From Chlamydiota bacterium (GTDB lineage Bacteria; Chlamydiota; Chlamydiia; Chlamydiales; SM23-39): a stretch of DNA of 34,487 bases. Below, piece by piece: positions 18,822-27,944 of the stretch (its first letter is position 1; each line of letters starts with the position of its first letter). A program made the position numbers and the translations under genes. The notes under the pieces were generated by a model. The model saw only the letters and a program-made list of their open reading frames with translations, did no database searches and had not been told where the DNA came from. Location: NCBI GenBank assembly GCA_050049995.1, contig JASFVE010000009.1:1-34487 (forward strand), given 5' to 3'.

Positions 18822-20177
18822 ATGTCCATTGAACTACCTGCAAGGGGAAATTTTGATGCAAGCGAGTTTATTAGGCGAGAAGGATTCCATACATCTAATA
18901 TTCAGGGATTAAATAATGATGTTAATCAAACCTTATTACGGCTTCTTAGTGTGACAGATATGCAAAATTTTTCTTACACTTCTACGGCGAATTTGCAAGC
19001 CACAATCCGTTCGGCCAGTATTATTAAACCGCGTGAAGTTCGGGACTTTATCGACCAATTAACTGGGATCCTCGATAATGACAACCATAGCGCAATAATA
19101 GAAAATCTTAATGCTATCAAAGCAAAATTTCATACAGAACAACTTAAAGCAAGTAATCATATAGAACAAATTCCAAGTTTATTTTTTTTAAAATCATGCA
19201 TTTTGGATGCAAAGAAATTGATAATCGAGGAGTTAATATCTTTAGATAATGAAGTAATAGAATCATTTAAGGAAATTCCTCTTCCCAGTTTTTTTGAAAA
19301 CTTTTTTGAGTTGTGTGAGTTGAGTATGGAAGCGAGAAAAAGATACATTCTAACGAATTCTTTTCGAGAGATGATTACGGAAGGAAAATTAGGTATGCTA
19401 CTAGAAGTGGCAAATATTCTTTCTAAGGTGGGTTCAGCTAGAGAAAGTTGGCTTAATCTGCAAAATATTTCTGAAGCTTTGTGCCAAAGAAGAGAGTGGC
19501 ATCAAGCTATAAAATTAGCGAACTCCATTGTTGATTTTGAAATTAAAAATAATGCCCTAAAAAACATTTCTAAGTTTTTATATGAAGCAGGAGAGTGGGA
19601 TCAAGCAATTGTAATAGCTAATTCTATCCCTGCAAATCGAATTAAAGAGCAAGCTCTTAGAGACATTTCCAAAGCATTAGTAAGTGTTGGTCAGTTAGAG
19701 AAAGCACTTCAAGTAGCCGCTTCAATTTGTGGAGATCCAGTTAGAAATACTGCTATTAATATTATTTTTGATGCTTATTATGAGCTAAAAGATTGGGATC
19801 ATGCTTTACGAGTGGTTGATTTATTTTTTAGAGATCACTCAAAAAATTCTTGCCGTAATAAAATTATTGATCAATTGCTGGCAGAAGAAAAATGTAAGAA
19901 GGCTTTTCGTGTAGCTTTAGATATAACTGATCAATGTAGAAGAAATGTTTGTTTTAAGAAAATTTCTGAAGCCTTAATTAAGACAAGAAAGTGGGAACTT
20001 GCCATTGAAGTGGCAAAATTCATCAGTAATGATAACTCCAGAAACGAAATCCACAATAATATTTTAAAAAGCATAGATGAAATGCAAAAAAAGTTAGATG
20101 AGATTCGAAGTCAAGTTTCACTAGAAATACAGAGACAAAATCCACAGGCAAGCCTTGCTATAGGTGCTTTTTTCTAG
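18822..20177 (+). CDS. Helical-repeat (TPR-like, 33-aa) protein with a degenerate F-box-like N-terminus; candidate effector
   Basis: AGGAG RBS; six exact-period 33-aa repeats from residue 213; N-terminal ~170 aa clearly homologous to the next gene. Confidence 0.8.
   Translation: MSIELPARGNFDASEFIRREGFHTSNIQGLNNDVNQTLLRLLSVTDMQNFSYTSTANLQATIRSASIIKPREVRDFIDQLTGILDNDNHSAIIENLNAIKAKFHTEQLKASNHIEQIPSLFFLKSCILDAKKLIIEELISLDNEVIESFKEIPLPSFFENFFELCELSMEARKRYILTNSFREMITEGKLGMLLEVANILSKVGSARESWLNLQNISEALCQRREWHQAIKLANSIVDFEIKNNALKNISKFLYEAGEWDQAIVIANSIPANRIKEQALRDISKALVSVGQLEKALQVAASICGDPVRNTAINIIFDAYYELKDWDHALRVVDLFFRDHSKNSCRNKIIDQLLAEEKCKKAFRVALDITDQCRRNVCFKKISEALIKTRKWELAIEVAKFISNDNSRNEIHNNILKSIDEMQKKLDEIRSQVSLEIQRQNPQASLAIGAFF
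19458..20051 (+). repeat. Six tandem 99-nt (33-aa) coding repeats
   Basis: Units start LQNISEAL, LKNISKFL, LRDISKAL, INIIFDAY, RNKIIDQL, FKKISEAL, each with a W/L-x-x-A-(I/L/F)-x-(V/L/I)-(A/V) core. Confidence 0.85.
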
Positions 20178-20193
20178 GAATAACTATTGATAT

Positions 20194-20224
20194 AAACTCC
20201 TTATTTTGAATAAGGAGTTTTATT
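20194..20224 (+). terminator. Intrinsic terminator between the two repeat genes
   Basis: Perfect 12-bp inverted repeat AAACTCCTTATT-TTG-AATAAGGAGTTT followed by TATT. Confidence 0.75.
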
Positions 20225-20285
20225 GCCCATTATGATATTTTCTTCCGTATTAAAAAAAATTTACCTTTTAAAAGGGAGAAAATAA

Positions 20286-22217
20286 ATGGCAGTAAATTTA
20301 CAAGGAAGACAACTATTTCGCGCAGATAATGTGCAAGAATTGCATAGTAATGCAGCCGCGTCCATTGTACAGTATTTAAATATAAAAGAAGCGCTAGATC
20401 TTGCAGTAACTTCAAGTAGTGCTTTAGATCTTACAAAACGTTCTATCAACATTATCAAACCTTCTGAAGTGCGACGTTTTATCGATAATTTAATACTTGT
20501 TCTTGATTCAGAGAAACATACACAGCAAATAGAGAATCTTAATAAGATTAAGGCAAAGTTTTATGCGAGTGATCTTTCAAAGTTATTTTTGTTAAAACTT
20601 CATATTTTTGAAGTAAAACGATCAATAATAAAAGAGCTACTAACACTAGATGATTCAGAAAGATCTGAGTTTGTTCAAGTTCCACCTCCCTGTTTTTTTG
20701 AAAGCTTTTTTGGGGTGTTGGAAATTTACAAAAGTTTTAATGAAATAGGGATCGAGTCAACAATTTCAAAAGAACTCATTAAGGAAGGGCGATTAGATAA
20801 ATCTCAACTTGATGTGGTTTTGAAAGCCATATGTCTCATTTCAGGTGGTGATGATCAAATAAAATCTTTTAAAGAATATATTAGCATTCTTATAGATGCT
20901 AAAGAATTTGATAGTGCTATTAAAGCAGCAAATTATGCTCGTGACTATTTAAATGATAGTGGATTAGGTCGTTGTCTAGAAGTAGAGTATGTTCTTCAGG
21001 AAATTTCTTATTGCTTTTTTAGAGAGGGTAATTTAGATAAATCGATTGAAGTAGCCGTGAGTATCCGCAATGAGGTGATAAGAGGTCGTGCTCTTAAAGG
21101 TATTTCTATTGGGTTATTTGAAAGACAAGAGATGGATAAAGGGATAGAGGTGATCAATCTCATTCCAGAAAAGAGCACAAGAAATCATTCATTTAAAGCT
21201 GTTGTCGAAAATTTTTTAAAAGAAAGAAACATTCGTATAGCTTTTGAAGTGGCCAAACTTATCCCAGATCAAAAAACACAAACTGAGGCGTTAATAGATA
21301 CTTATCAGGCTTGCTTACAACTTAAAAATGTTCCTTCGGCACTAGTAGTAATCGAGACAATGTCCAATGAATTAGTAAGGACTCGAGCTATTTGTGATAT
21401 TTCCCTATTTTATTCAAAAGAAGATGAGTTCGAGGGCGCACTTGAAATGGCAGATCAAGCACTTAATGAAGCTAAACTTCTCCAAGAAGGAAGAGGAAAA
21501 AGTAGTATTCTTAGGGATATTGCTGGGACTTTTGTGGAAATTGGATACTTAAATAAAGCACTTGAGGTGGCTAAGCTTATTGAAGATGATGTGCTAAAAG
21601 TTAATGCGCTTAAAGGTATTTTCCATGCTTTTTTGAGAGGAGAAGATTTTAGTGCAGCATTTGAAATAATCAAACTTATTTTAGAGGCAAATCCACGAAC
21701 TGACGTTCTTATTACTTATATAGATGCTTTCTTAGAAGCTAAAGATTTACAGCATGCCTTTGAAACAGCTAAGTTTATTCCAGATACAGCGCGCAGAATT
21801 AATCTTTTTATAAGAGTTGCCCGAGCTTTTGCAGATACTGGAGATTCTAATACAGCCATTGAAATATTGAACCAAGCTTTTGAACTGGCTCTTCCTTTTT
21901 ATGACAATGAAATGAGAAGTTATTATCTATATAGAATTTCTTTAGCTTTTGTTTTAGCAGGTGATTTGGATAGCACACTTAAAGTAGCTGAACTTATTTC
22001 TGATAGTGAGAAAAAAAGTGAGACTCTTATAGACGTAGCAAAAGCTTTTTTTAAATTAGGAAATCAGGATAAAGCTTCAGAAGTGCTAAGCCAAGCAGCT
22101 AATGTAGCCCGGGGCATTTCATGGGAAACGAAAAAGAAGATGGTTATGAAAGAAATCCTTCAGATTATTCAAAGTTGGAAACTTGAAATAGCTATTAAGG
22201 TCCTTAAAAATTTCTAA
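20286..22217 (+). CDS. Helical-repeat (33/40-aa TPR-like) protein with a degenerate F-box-like N-terminus; paralog of 18822..20177
   Basis: GGGAG RBS; shared blocks IIKPxEVRxFID, IENLNxIKAKF, LFxLK, IIxELxxLD, PxPxFFExFF; eleven repeats from residue 237. Confidence 0.8.
   Translation: MAVNLQGRQLFRADNVQELHSNAAASIVQYLNIKEALDLAVTSSSALDLTKRSINIIKPSEVRRFIDNLILVLDSEKHTQQIENLNKIKAKFYASDLSKLFLLKLHIFEVKRSIIKELLTLDDSERSEFVQVPPPCFFESFFGVLEIYKSFNEIGIESTISKELIKEGRLDKSQLDVVLKAICLISGGDDQIKSFKEYISILIDAKEFDSAIKAANYARDYLNDSGLGRCLEVEYVLQEISYCFFREGNLDKSIEVAVSIRNEVIRGRALKGISIGLFERQEMDKGIEVINLIPEKSTRNHSFKAVVENFLKERNIRIAFEVAKLIPDQKTQTEALIDTYQACLQLKNVPSALVVIETMSNELVRTRAICDISLFYSKEDEFEGALEMADQALNEAKLLQEGRGKSSILRDIAGTFVEIGYLNKALEVAKLIEDDVLKVNALKGIFHAFLRGEDFSAAFEIIKLILEANPRTDVLITYIDAFLEAKDLQHAFETAKFIPDTARRINLFIRVARAFADTGDSNTAIEILNQAFELALPFYDNEMRSYYLYRISLAFVLAGDLDSTLKVAELISDSEKKSETLIDVAKAFFKLGNQDKASEVLSQAANVARGISWETKKKMVMKEILQIIQSWKLEIAIKVLKNF
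20994..22145 (+). repeat. Eleven tandem coding repeats of 33 or 40 aa
   Basis: Unit lengths counted by eye: 33,33,33,33,40,33,33,33,40,33,40 (384 aa in total). Confidence 0.8.
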
Positions 22218-22287
22218 TTTGGTGCGAGTACTTAGACCCTCATAACATTTAGAATAAAAGAGCTCCTTACTGCAAGGTATAGGGGCT

Positions 22288-22324
22288 TAGGCTTTTTCTA
22301 GCCTATTTAGCTTTTGTATTTTTT
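22288..22324 (+). terminator. Possible terminator between the repeat gene and the convergent tRNA
   Basis: TAGGCT-TTTTCT-AGCCTA 6-bp stem followed by a T-rich run. Confidence 0.4.
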
Positions 22325-22365
22325 ACGGGATTTTTTCTAGATAGTTAACTTGGCAAAGAAAACTT

Positions 22366-22438
22366 TGGAGCGTAACGGAGTCGAACCGTTGGCCTCAACA
22401 ATGCCATTGTTGCGCTCTACCAACTGAGCTAACGCCCC
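22366..22438 (-). tRNA. tRNA-Ala (anticodon GGC), CCA not encoded
   Basis: GGGGCGTTAGCTCAGTTGGTAGAGCGCAACAATGGCATTGTTGAGGCCAACGGTTCGACTCCGTTACGCTCCA: cloverleaf, G3:U70 alanine identity pair, GTTCGA T-loop. Confidence 0.98.
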
Positions 22439-22535
22439 TTATTATAGGAAGGAGAAAAATAGTTTAATTTCTTGCTTTTCTTTTTACAAGAAAGAAAAAG
22501 TTTTTTTACTATTAGTTGTAAACTATAGAAAACTT

Positions 22536-23723
22536 ATGATTTTCGATCATATAGAAAAAGGGTCCGCTGATCCTGTATTTGGCCTGGTCAGGGAGTTCAA
22601 ATTAGATCCTAGAAAAGACAAGCATTTTTTAGGAATTGGTGTCTATCAAGACGAAAGAGGAAAAAAAGCGCATTTTACTTCTGTTTTAGCAGCTCAAAAA
22701 ATTGTAGAAGAGCAAAGAAGGGAAGCAAACTATCTACCTATTAAGGGGAGTTCTGAGTTCACAGACACTTATGGGAGCTTGGTTTTTACAGAAAATGTTT
22801 GGGAAGAAATTAAAGAACGCACATCTTCTGTACAAACCTTAGGTGGAACAGGTGCTCTAAAAGTTGGTTTTGATTTTTTGAATCAATTTATATCTAACAA
22901 AATCTGTTATTTTGAGCCTACTTGGCCTAACCATAAACAGATCATAAATCACATAGCAATGGATGTTACAACAGCCTCTTATTTGGATAGTAATAAGTTA
23001 GTGGACTTTGAAAAAATTTTAGATGTTTTGTCTCATTTGCCTGAAAAAACCACTGTTCTTTTGCAGGCAAGCTGCCATAATCCAACAGGGGCAGATTTTA
23101 GTTACTCTCAACTTAAAGAACTTTCAGAACTTATGTTGAGAAAAAAGCTTCTCCCTTTTTTTGATCTTTCTTATCAAGGATTAGGAATGTCCCTTTCAGA
23201 AGATGCTTATTCTATTCAGATTTTTATAAAAGATGGGCACGACATGCTTGTTGCTGCAACTTGCTCAAAAAACTTTGGTCTTTATAGTCAAAGGGTAGGT
23301 GCCCTTTTTGTTGTAACACAAAACGATAAACAAAAAGAAAATGTTAGTAGCAATTTAGGGCCTTTGATTAGAGCAAATTACTCCAACCCTCCCTCGTTTG
23401 GTGCAGATTTAGTAACCTGTGTTTTAAGAAACTCTCAATTGAGAAATAAATGGGAACTGGAGTTAGAACAAAGACGAAGTAGATTAGCTAATTTAAGATC
23501 GCAGCTTGTAGGTGAACTTAGTCAAAAGTCCACAGCAAACTTTGATTTTTTACTTAGGCAAAAAGGGATGTTCTCTTACTTAGGGTTAAGCGAAATGCAA
23601 GTGCAAGAGTTAAAAGATAAGTTTGGTATTTATCTTTTAGGTAATAGTAGGATGAATTTTGCCAGTTTAAATAAAAGTAATTTTGCGTTTATTTTAGATG
23701 CAATAGTTAAAGTATGTAAATGA
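22536..23723 (+). CDS. aspC: Aspartate / aromatic amino acid aminotransferase (AspC/TyrB, class I)
   Basis: DPVFGL, LGIGVY, QTLGGTGAL, CHNPTGAD, FFDLSYQG, SKNFGLYSQRVG (PLP lysine), QKGMFS. AspC versus TyrB cannot be resolved by eye. Confidence 0.93.
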   Translation: MIFDHIEKGSADPVFGLVREFKLDPRKDKHFLGIGVYQDERGKKAHFTSVLAAQKIVEEQRREANYLPIKGSSEFTDTYGSLVFTENVWEEIKERTSSVQTLGGTGALKVGFDFLNQFISNKICYFEPTWPNHKQIINHIAMDVTTASYLDSNKLVDFEKILDVLSHLPEKTTVLLQASCHNPTGADFSYSQLKELSELMLRKKLLPFFDLSYQGLGMSLSEDAYSIQIFIKDGHDMLVAATCSKNFGLYSQRVGALFVVTQNDKQKENVSSNLGPLIRANYSNPPSFGADLVTCVLRNSQLRNKWELELEQRRSRLANLRSQLVGELSQKSTANFDFLLRQKGMFSYLGLSEMQVQELKDKFGIYLLGNSRMNFASLNKSNFAFILDAIVKVCK

Positions 23724-24850
23724 TTAGATCTCCTTATATTGTTCTTTTTGTCTGTCTATTTTCTTTACTTAACCTGCCTCAAAAAGCTGTGGATAACTTG
23801 CGCTCTTTAAGTGTCGCTTGTGTAGGACCTGCTTGGCAACTTTTGGCAAAAACACCTCATGTGTCTATTAAAAATGAGTCAGCAGAAAAGTTTCTAAAAC
23901 TAGAAAATCAATCCTTGAAAACGCAAATAGCTGCTGTTCAAGAATGGCTGCAATTTGACCAGCGCATTGAGGAGCAAGTAGAACAATATCTTTCGTTGAA
24001 TGAGCAGGAAAATGAACTATATTGGCGTGATTTTTTTCAAAGACGGTCTGAAGAGTTAGCAAAACTCGTAAAAATGCAATTAGAAGCGCTTCCTGCGACT
24101 ATTATTTTTAGAGACCCTGCTTTTTGGAGTAGTAGCGTATGGATCAACATAGGGGAAAGCGACAACTCAAAAATTGGACGAAAAATTATTGCTAAAAATA
24201 GCCCTGTCGTTTGTGGAAGTTCTTTGATTGGCCTTGTAGAGTATGTGGGAAAATCTAAGTCAAGAGTAAGGTTAATTACTGATGCGGGCCTTGTCTTATC
24301 TGTACGAGCCATTAGGGGGAAAGTATCTGACCAAGAGTTCATGCAAGTAACGAACTTGTTTTTAGATAGAATAAAAGCTAGAAAAGATCTTTTTAATAAA
24401 AAAGAGGACTTTGAGTCCTTTATTTCTATTTTAGATAGTATCCAAAGTAAGTTGTCACAAGCTAAAAGAGATCTTTATTTAGCTAAAGGGCAAGTTATGG
24501 GATCTAGTAGTCCACTTTGGCGATGTAAACAGACAGTGTTGCAAGGAATTGGGTTTAACTATGATTATCCTGATGAAGAAGGGCCGGCAAGAGATTTGAG
24601 AACAGGCAAGTACATGAATGAAAAAGGAGAGCTTCCTGAAGTTGCCATTCTAGAGAAAGGAGACTTACTAATAACTAGTGGCATGGATGGTGTTTTTCCA
24701 CCTAATCTTCGTGTAGGAGTTGTGTCAGAAGTAGATGACTTAGATGACGGAAGTTATGCTTATAGTTTAAAGGCAATTCCAACTGCTGGTGATTTTAACG
24801 ATCTATCGGAAGTATTTGTGCTTCCTCCTCTTTGCTATGAGCTTGAATAA
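23720..24850 (+). CDS. mreC: Rod shape-determining protein MreC
   Basis: N-terminal TM, coiled coil (LKLENQSLK), LIGLVEYVGKSKSRVRLITD, GDLLITSGMDGVFPPNLRVGVV; ATGA overlap with aspC. Confidence 0.9.
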   Translation: MIRSPYIVLFVCLFSLLNLPQKAVDNLRSLSVACVGPAWQLLAKTPHVSIKNESAEKFLKLENQSLKTQIAAVQEWLQFDQRIEEQVEQYLSLNEQENELYWRDFFQRRSEELAKLVKMQLEALPATIIFRDPAFWSSSVWINIGESDNSKIGRKIIAKNSPVVCGSSLIGLVEYVGKSKSRVRLITDAGLVLSVRAIRGKVSDQEFMQVTNLFLDRIKARKDLFNKKEDFESFISILDSIQSKLSQAKRDLYLAKGQVMGSSSPLWRCKQTVLQGIGFNYDYPDEEGPARDLRTGKYMNEKGELPEVAILEKGDLLITSGMDGVFPPNLRVGVVSEVDDLDDGSYAYSLKAIPTAGDFNDLSEVFVLPPLCYELE

Positions 24851-25883
24851 TGGCGTTTTTAAGCTCTTTGTCTGATGTTGGTAAAAAAGCATATTCATAC
24901 ATGTCTTTTCTCCTTTCTTTATAATGGTCTTTTTCCAAAGACTTTTTAATTTGCATAAGACTTGTATCTGGTTTGTTTACATTTAGTATTTCTCCGCAAC
25001 TGTGTAGATTCTTAAGTCTATTTATAGAAATTGTAGAATTACTAATAAAAAACATAGGTCTATTAAACGTTAGAAAATCATAGCCTACAGAAGAAAAATC
25101 CCCAATATATGCATCTGCTATATCTAAAAGAGGATAAACAGGTGGAAAGTCTATTAAGGGAACAACATTTTGCATATGTTCTAACTTTCCTAAAAATGGA
25201 TAAACCACTTCAGGATGGTTACTTTCCAAGTTGGGGTGAAGTTTTAGTATGACATTAAATTCATCTGAAAGAGCTCTTATAAAAGAGGTTTCCAATTGGT
25301 AAAAGGAAGAAATCTCTTGAAATGTCGGAGCATAGATAAGTGTTTTTTTGTCATTATTCAAAAAAGGAGAAATTTCTTTTTGTAATAGGTCTTTATAAAA
25401 GTCGATATGTTGTAGATAAAACCGATATCTTAGATTCCCCATAAAAATTGGGTTGGTAATTTCAGCATACACCTTTTTTTCCTTTAAAAAATCTACCATA
25501 TGCTCTCCATAAAGAAGAGTAAGGTCTTGTTCTTTAAATTGCTCAAGCCAGTATACATCGCTATGTTTATCAGAGACTCCATGTGGAGTATAGATAGAGC
25601 GCATATTGCACCCATTGAAAAAAGCCTGCATTAAGGGCTTAGGCCAAAAATTAGTATGAATTAACAAATTGTAATTTTTTAGGATCATCTCTTTAGCATT
25701 TTCTAAAGAGATGATGGGTATAATTTCGATATGCGGGTAAAATTTACGAAGTAGGTTTTCATTTTCTGGATCTCTAGATAGCATTGGAGCATTTAAGAGA
25801 AGACAGAGTGGTGCTATATGATCTAACAAGTGGTAAGAATTAAGAGGATCTAGGCAAATAGGTCTTATATTTTTTGTTTCCAA
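24795..25883 (-). CDS. CDP-glycerol glycerophosphotransferase-family (TagB/TagF-like) protein
   Basis: IYAPTF, LKLHP, IGDFSSVGYDFLTFNRPMFF; PHGVSDK. Confidence 0.85.
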   Translation of the reverse strand: METKNIRPICLDPLNSYHLLDHIAPLCLLLNAPMLSRDPENENLLRKFYPHIEIIPIISLENAKEMILKNYNLLIHTNFWPKPLMQAFFNGCNMRSIYTPHGVSDKHSDVYWLEQFKEQDLTLLYGEHMVDFLKEKKVYAEITNPIFMGNLRYRFYLQHIDFYKDLLQKEISPFLNNDKKTLIYAPTFQEISSFYQLETSFIRALSDEFNVILKLHPNLESNHPEVVYPFLGKLEHMQNVVPLIDFPPVYPLLDIADAYIGDFSSVGYDFLTFNRPMFFISNSTISINRLKNLHSCGEILNVNKPDTSLMQIKKSLEKDHYKERRKDMYEYAFLPTSDKELKNAIIQAHSKEEEAQILPIDR

Positions 25884-26875
25884 TTTTCCTCTTGGTTAAA
25901 ACAGTTTCTGTAAAGGTCTTTCCTAATAACTGTATCTATTTTTGGATCTGAATGAAAAATATTTTTTAAAGCTTCAGAGTTGATGTCATGAAATATTTCT
26001 CCACAAGAAAAAAGAGGAGCATCGGATTTTGTCTTGTCAGTCAGAAAGTACATGGGCTTTTGATAGGTAAGAAAGTCGTATCCAATAGATGAAAAATCAC
26101 CAAGATACCTATCAACGTAATCAATTAACGGATAAATGCAAGGAAAGTCATGTAAGAACATAATATTAGGTTTATCTTCAAATTGTAGCATGAGCATTTC
26201 CTTCCTATAGTCTTGCTTTCTAAGGGTATTAGGATGAAGTTTAACGACAAGGTTAAAATTTGAGGGAAAAGACTTTAAAAGCTTTTCAAAAACGATATGC
26301 AAAGATGAATTTGCCTCATAATCTTCCCAGGTAGGAGCATACAAAACAATAGGCTTTTGATCAGAAAATTTTTGTAATTTCTCCTCAATGATCTTTTTAT
26401 AAAAGCTTTTATGTTTATTAAAATATTCAAATCGATAATTACCAACTTCGACTACCTTTTGCTTTTTTAAAAGGTTTTTTCCCTTTAGGAAACTTTTCAT
26501 CTTTGACCCATATAATAAAAGGGTATTTTCTTGAAGAAGAGGATCAAAAAATGAGCTGTTTCTACCCTTATCTGATAAGCCATGTGGACACCAAACAAAT
26601 TCCATCTTTTGATATTCCTGAGGAAACAATATAAAAAGAAGTTCTAAATAAGGCCTTGTTAAGCAGGATATAATTTTTTCAGCATGTTCAATGAGGTATT
26701 GAACAAATAAATGTGACTCAACATAAATTGCCTCTAAGTCAGGGTAATAAGTTTTTGCTTGGTGAAAAATATCTTCATCAGTAACGATTAACGGGATCTT
26801 TAGTAAAGCAGAAAGCGGAGCTAAGTGATCTAAATAATGAAAATCTTTATTTGTAATAATACTAACTGTTGTCAT
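25865..26875 (-). CDS. CDP-glycerol glycerophosphotransferase-family (TagB/TagF-like) protein, tandem paralog
   Basis: LYAPTW, VKLHP, LGDFSSIGYDFLTYQKPMYF; PHGLSDK; shares LDH(L/I)APL with its neighbour. Confidence 0.85.
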   Translation of the reverse strand: MTTVSIITNKDFHYLDHLAPLSALLKIPLIVTDEDIFHQAKTYYPDLEAIYVESHLFVQYLIEHAEKIISCLTRPYLELLFILFPQEYQKMEFVWCPHGLSDKGRNSSFFDPLLQENTLLLYGSKMKSFLKGKNLLKKQKVVEVGNYRFEYFNKHKSFYKKIIEEKLQKFSDQKPIVLYAPTWEDYEANSSLHIVFEKLLKSFPSNFNLVVKLHPNTLRKQDYRKEMLMLQFEDKPNIMFLHDFPCIYPLIDYVDRYLGDFSSIGYDFLTYQKPMYFLTDKTKSDAPLFSCGEIFHDINSEALKNIFHSDPKIDTVIRKDLYRNCFNQEENWKQKI

Positions 26876-26903
26876 TTAACATATCTCTTTTTTCTTAATT
26901 GTA

Positions 26904-27944
26904 ATGATTAATAAGCTAGAGCTTCAAGCTTTAAAAAAATGGTTTTTCAATAATAAACGAGAATTTTCCTTCAGAGAAAATCCTACTCCTTATTCTGTTT
27001 GGATATCTGAAGTAATGCTGCAGCAAACAAGGGCGTCAGTTGTTGTCTCTTATTTTAACCGTTGGATGCAACTTTTTCCTGATATTGAAAGTTTGGCAAA
27101 AGCGAATATTAGCCAGGTAATGAAAGCCTGGGAAGGACTTGGCTATTATTCCAGAGCTAAGAGACTTCACATTGCTGCTAACGAATTGGTAGAAAAACAT
27201 AAGGCAAAAATTCCTGATGACCCCCAAGTTTTAAAAACGATTACAGGAATTGGTCCTTATACAGTAGGAGCTATATTATCTTTTGCTTTTCGAAAAAAAG
27301 CACCAGCAGTTGACGCTAATGTAATTCGCGTGATCACCCGATTTTTTGGAATAGAGATGGAAGTTTCCAAATCAGAAGCAAAAAAGCTTATTGAAGATAA
27401 GACTCTTTTATTTTTAGAAGGAGAAAAGCCCTATGTTATTATGGAAGCGTTAATCGAGCTAGGCGCCTTAGTATGTCAAAAAAAACCTATTTGCTCCATG
27501 TGCCCTTTAAAAGAAAATTGTAAAGCAAATAGAGAAAACAAAGCAGAATACCTTCCTTTAAAAAAAGAAAAAAAATCAACAGTGCCGATTACCAGAATGG
27601 CATTTATTCTACAGTATGATGAGGAGTTTTTGATCTTCCAGGAAAAAAAAGAATTAATGAATGGGCTTTATCAGTTTCCTTATATCGATAGTGAATATGT
27701 TACAGAAAGTGAATTGCATATTTGGCTTAAAGAAAAAGAAATGCCGTATCAAAAAGTTGAAAGACTCGTTTCAGTAAAGCAGTTTTTTACTAATTTTAAA
27801 GTAACGATTTACCCCTTTTTGATTCGTGTAACAAAAAAAGTTCCAGTGAGTGATATGCAATGGGTTACATATAGTAAGATGAAAACCTTGGCTTTTTGTT
27901 CCGGTCATCGTAGGATTGTTAATCAGCTAAAGGATGTTTCATGA
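26904..27944 (+). CDS. mutY: A/G-specific adenine glycosylase
   Basis: WISEVMLQQT, GLGYYSRA, HhH motif GIGPYT, VDANVIRV, 4Fe-4S motif C-x6-C-x2-C-x5-C, C-terminal NUDIX-like domain. Confidence 0.97.
   Translation: MINKLELQALKKWFFNNKREFSFRENPTPYSVWISEVMLQQTRASVVVSYFNRWMQLFPDIESLAKANISQVMKAWEGLGYYSRAKRLHIAANELVEKHKAKIPDDPQVLKTITGIGPYTVGAILSFAFRKKAPAVDANVIRVITRFFGIEMEVSKSEAKKLIEDKTLLFLEGEKPYVIMEALIELGALVCQKKPICSMCPLKENCKANRENKAEYLPLKKEKKSTVPITRMAFILQYDEEFLIFQEKKELMNGLYQFPYIDSEYVTESELHIWLKEKEMPYQKVERLVSVKQFFTNFKVTIYPFLIRVTKKVPVSDMQWVTYSKMKTLAFCSGHRRIVNQLKDVS

Noticed and set aside
19458..22145. TALE- or PPR-like programmable nucleic-acid-binding repeats
   Set aside because: The 33-aa period is suggestive, but units are highly divergent with no near-identical scaffold or fixed variable di-residue; they look TPR-like.
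22404..22410. A32-U38 pair in the tRNA-Ala anticodon loop
   Set aside because: A known conserved feature of tRNA-Ala(GGC).
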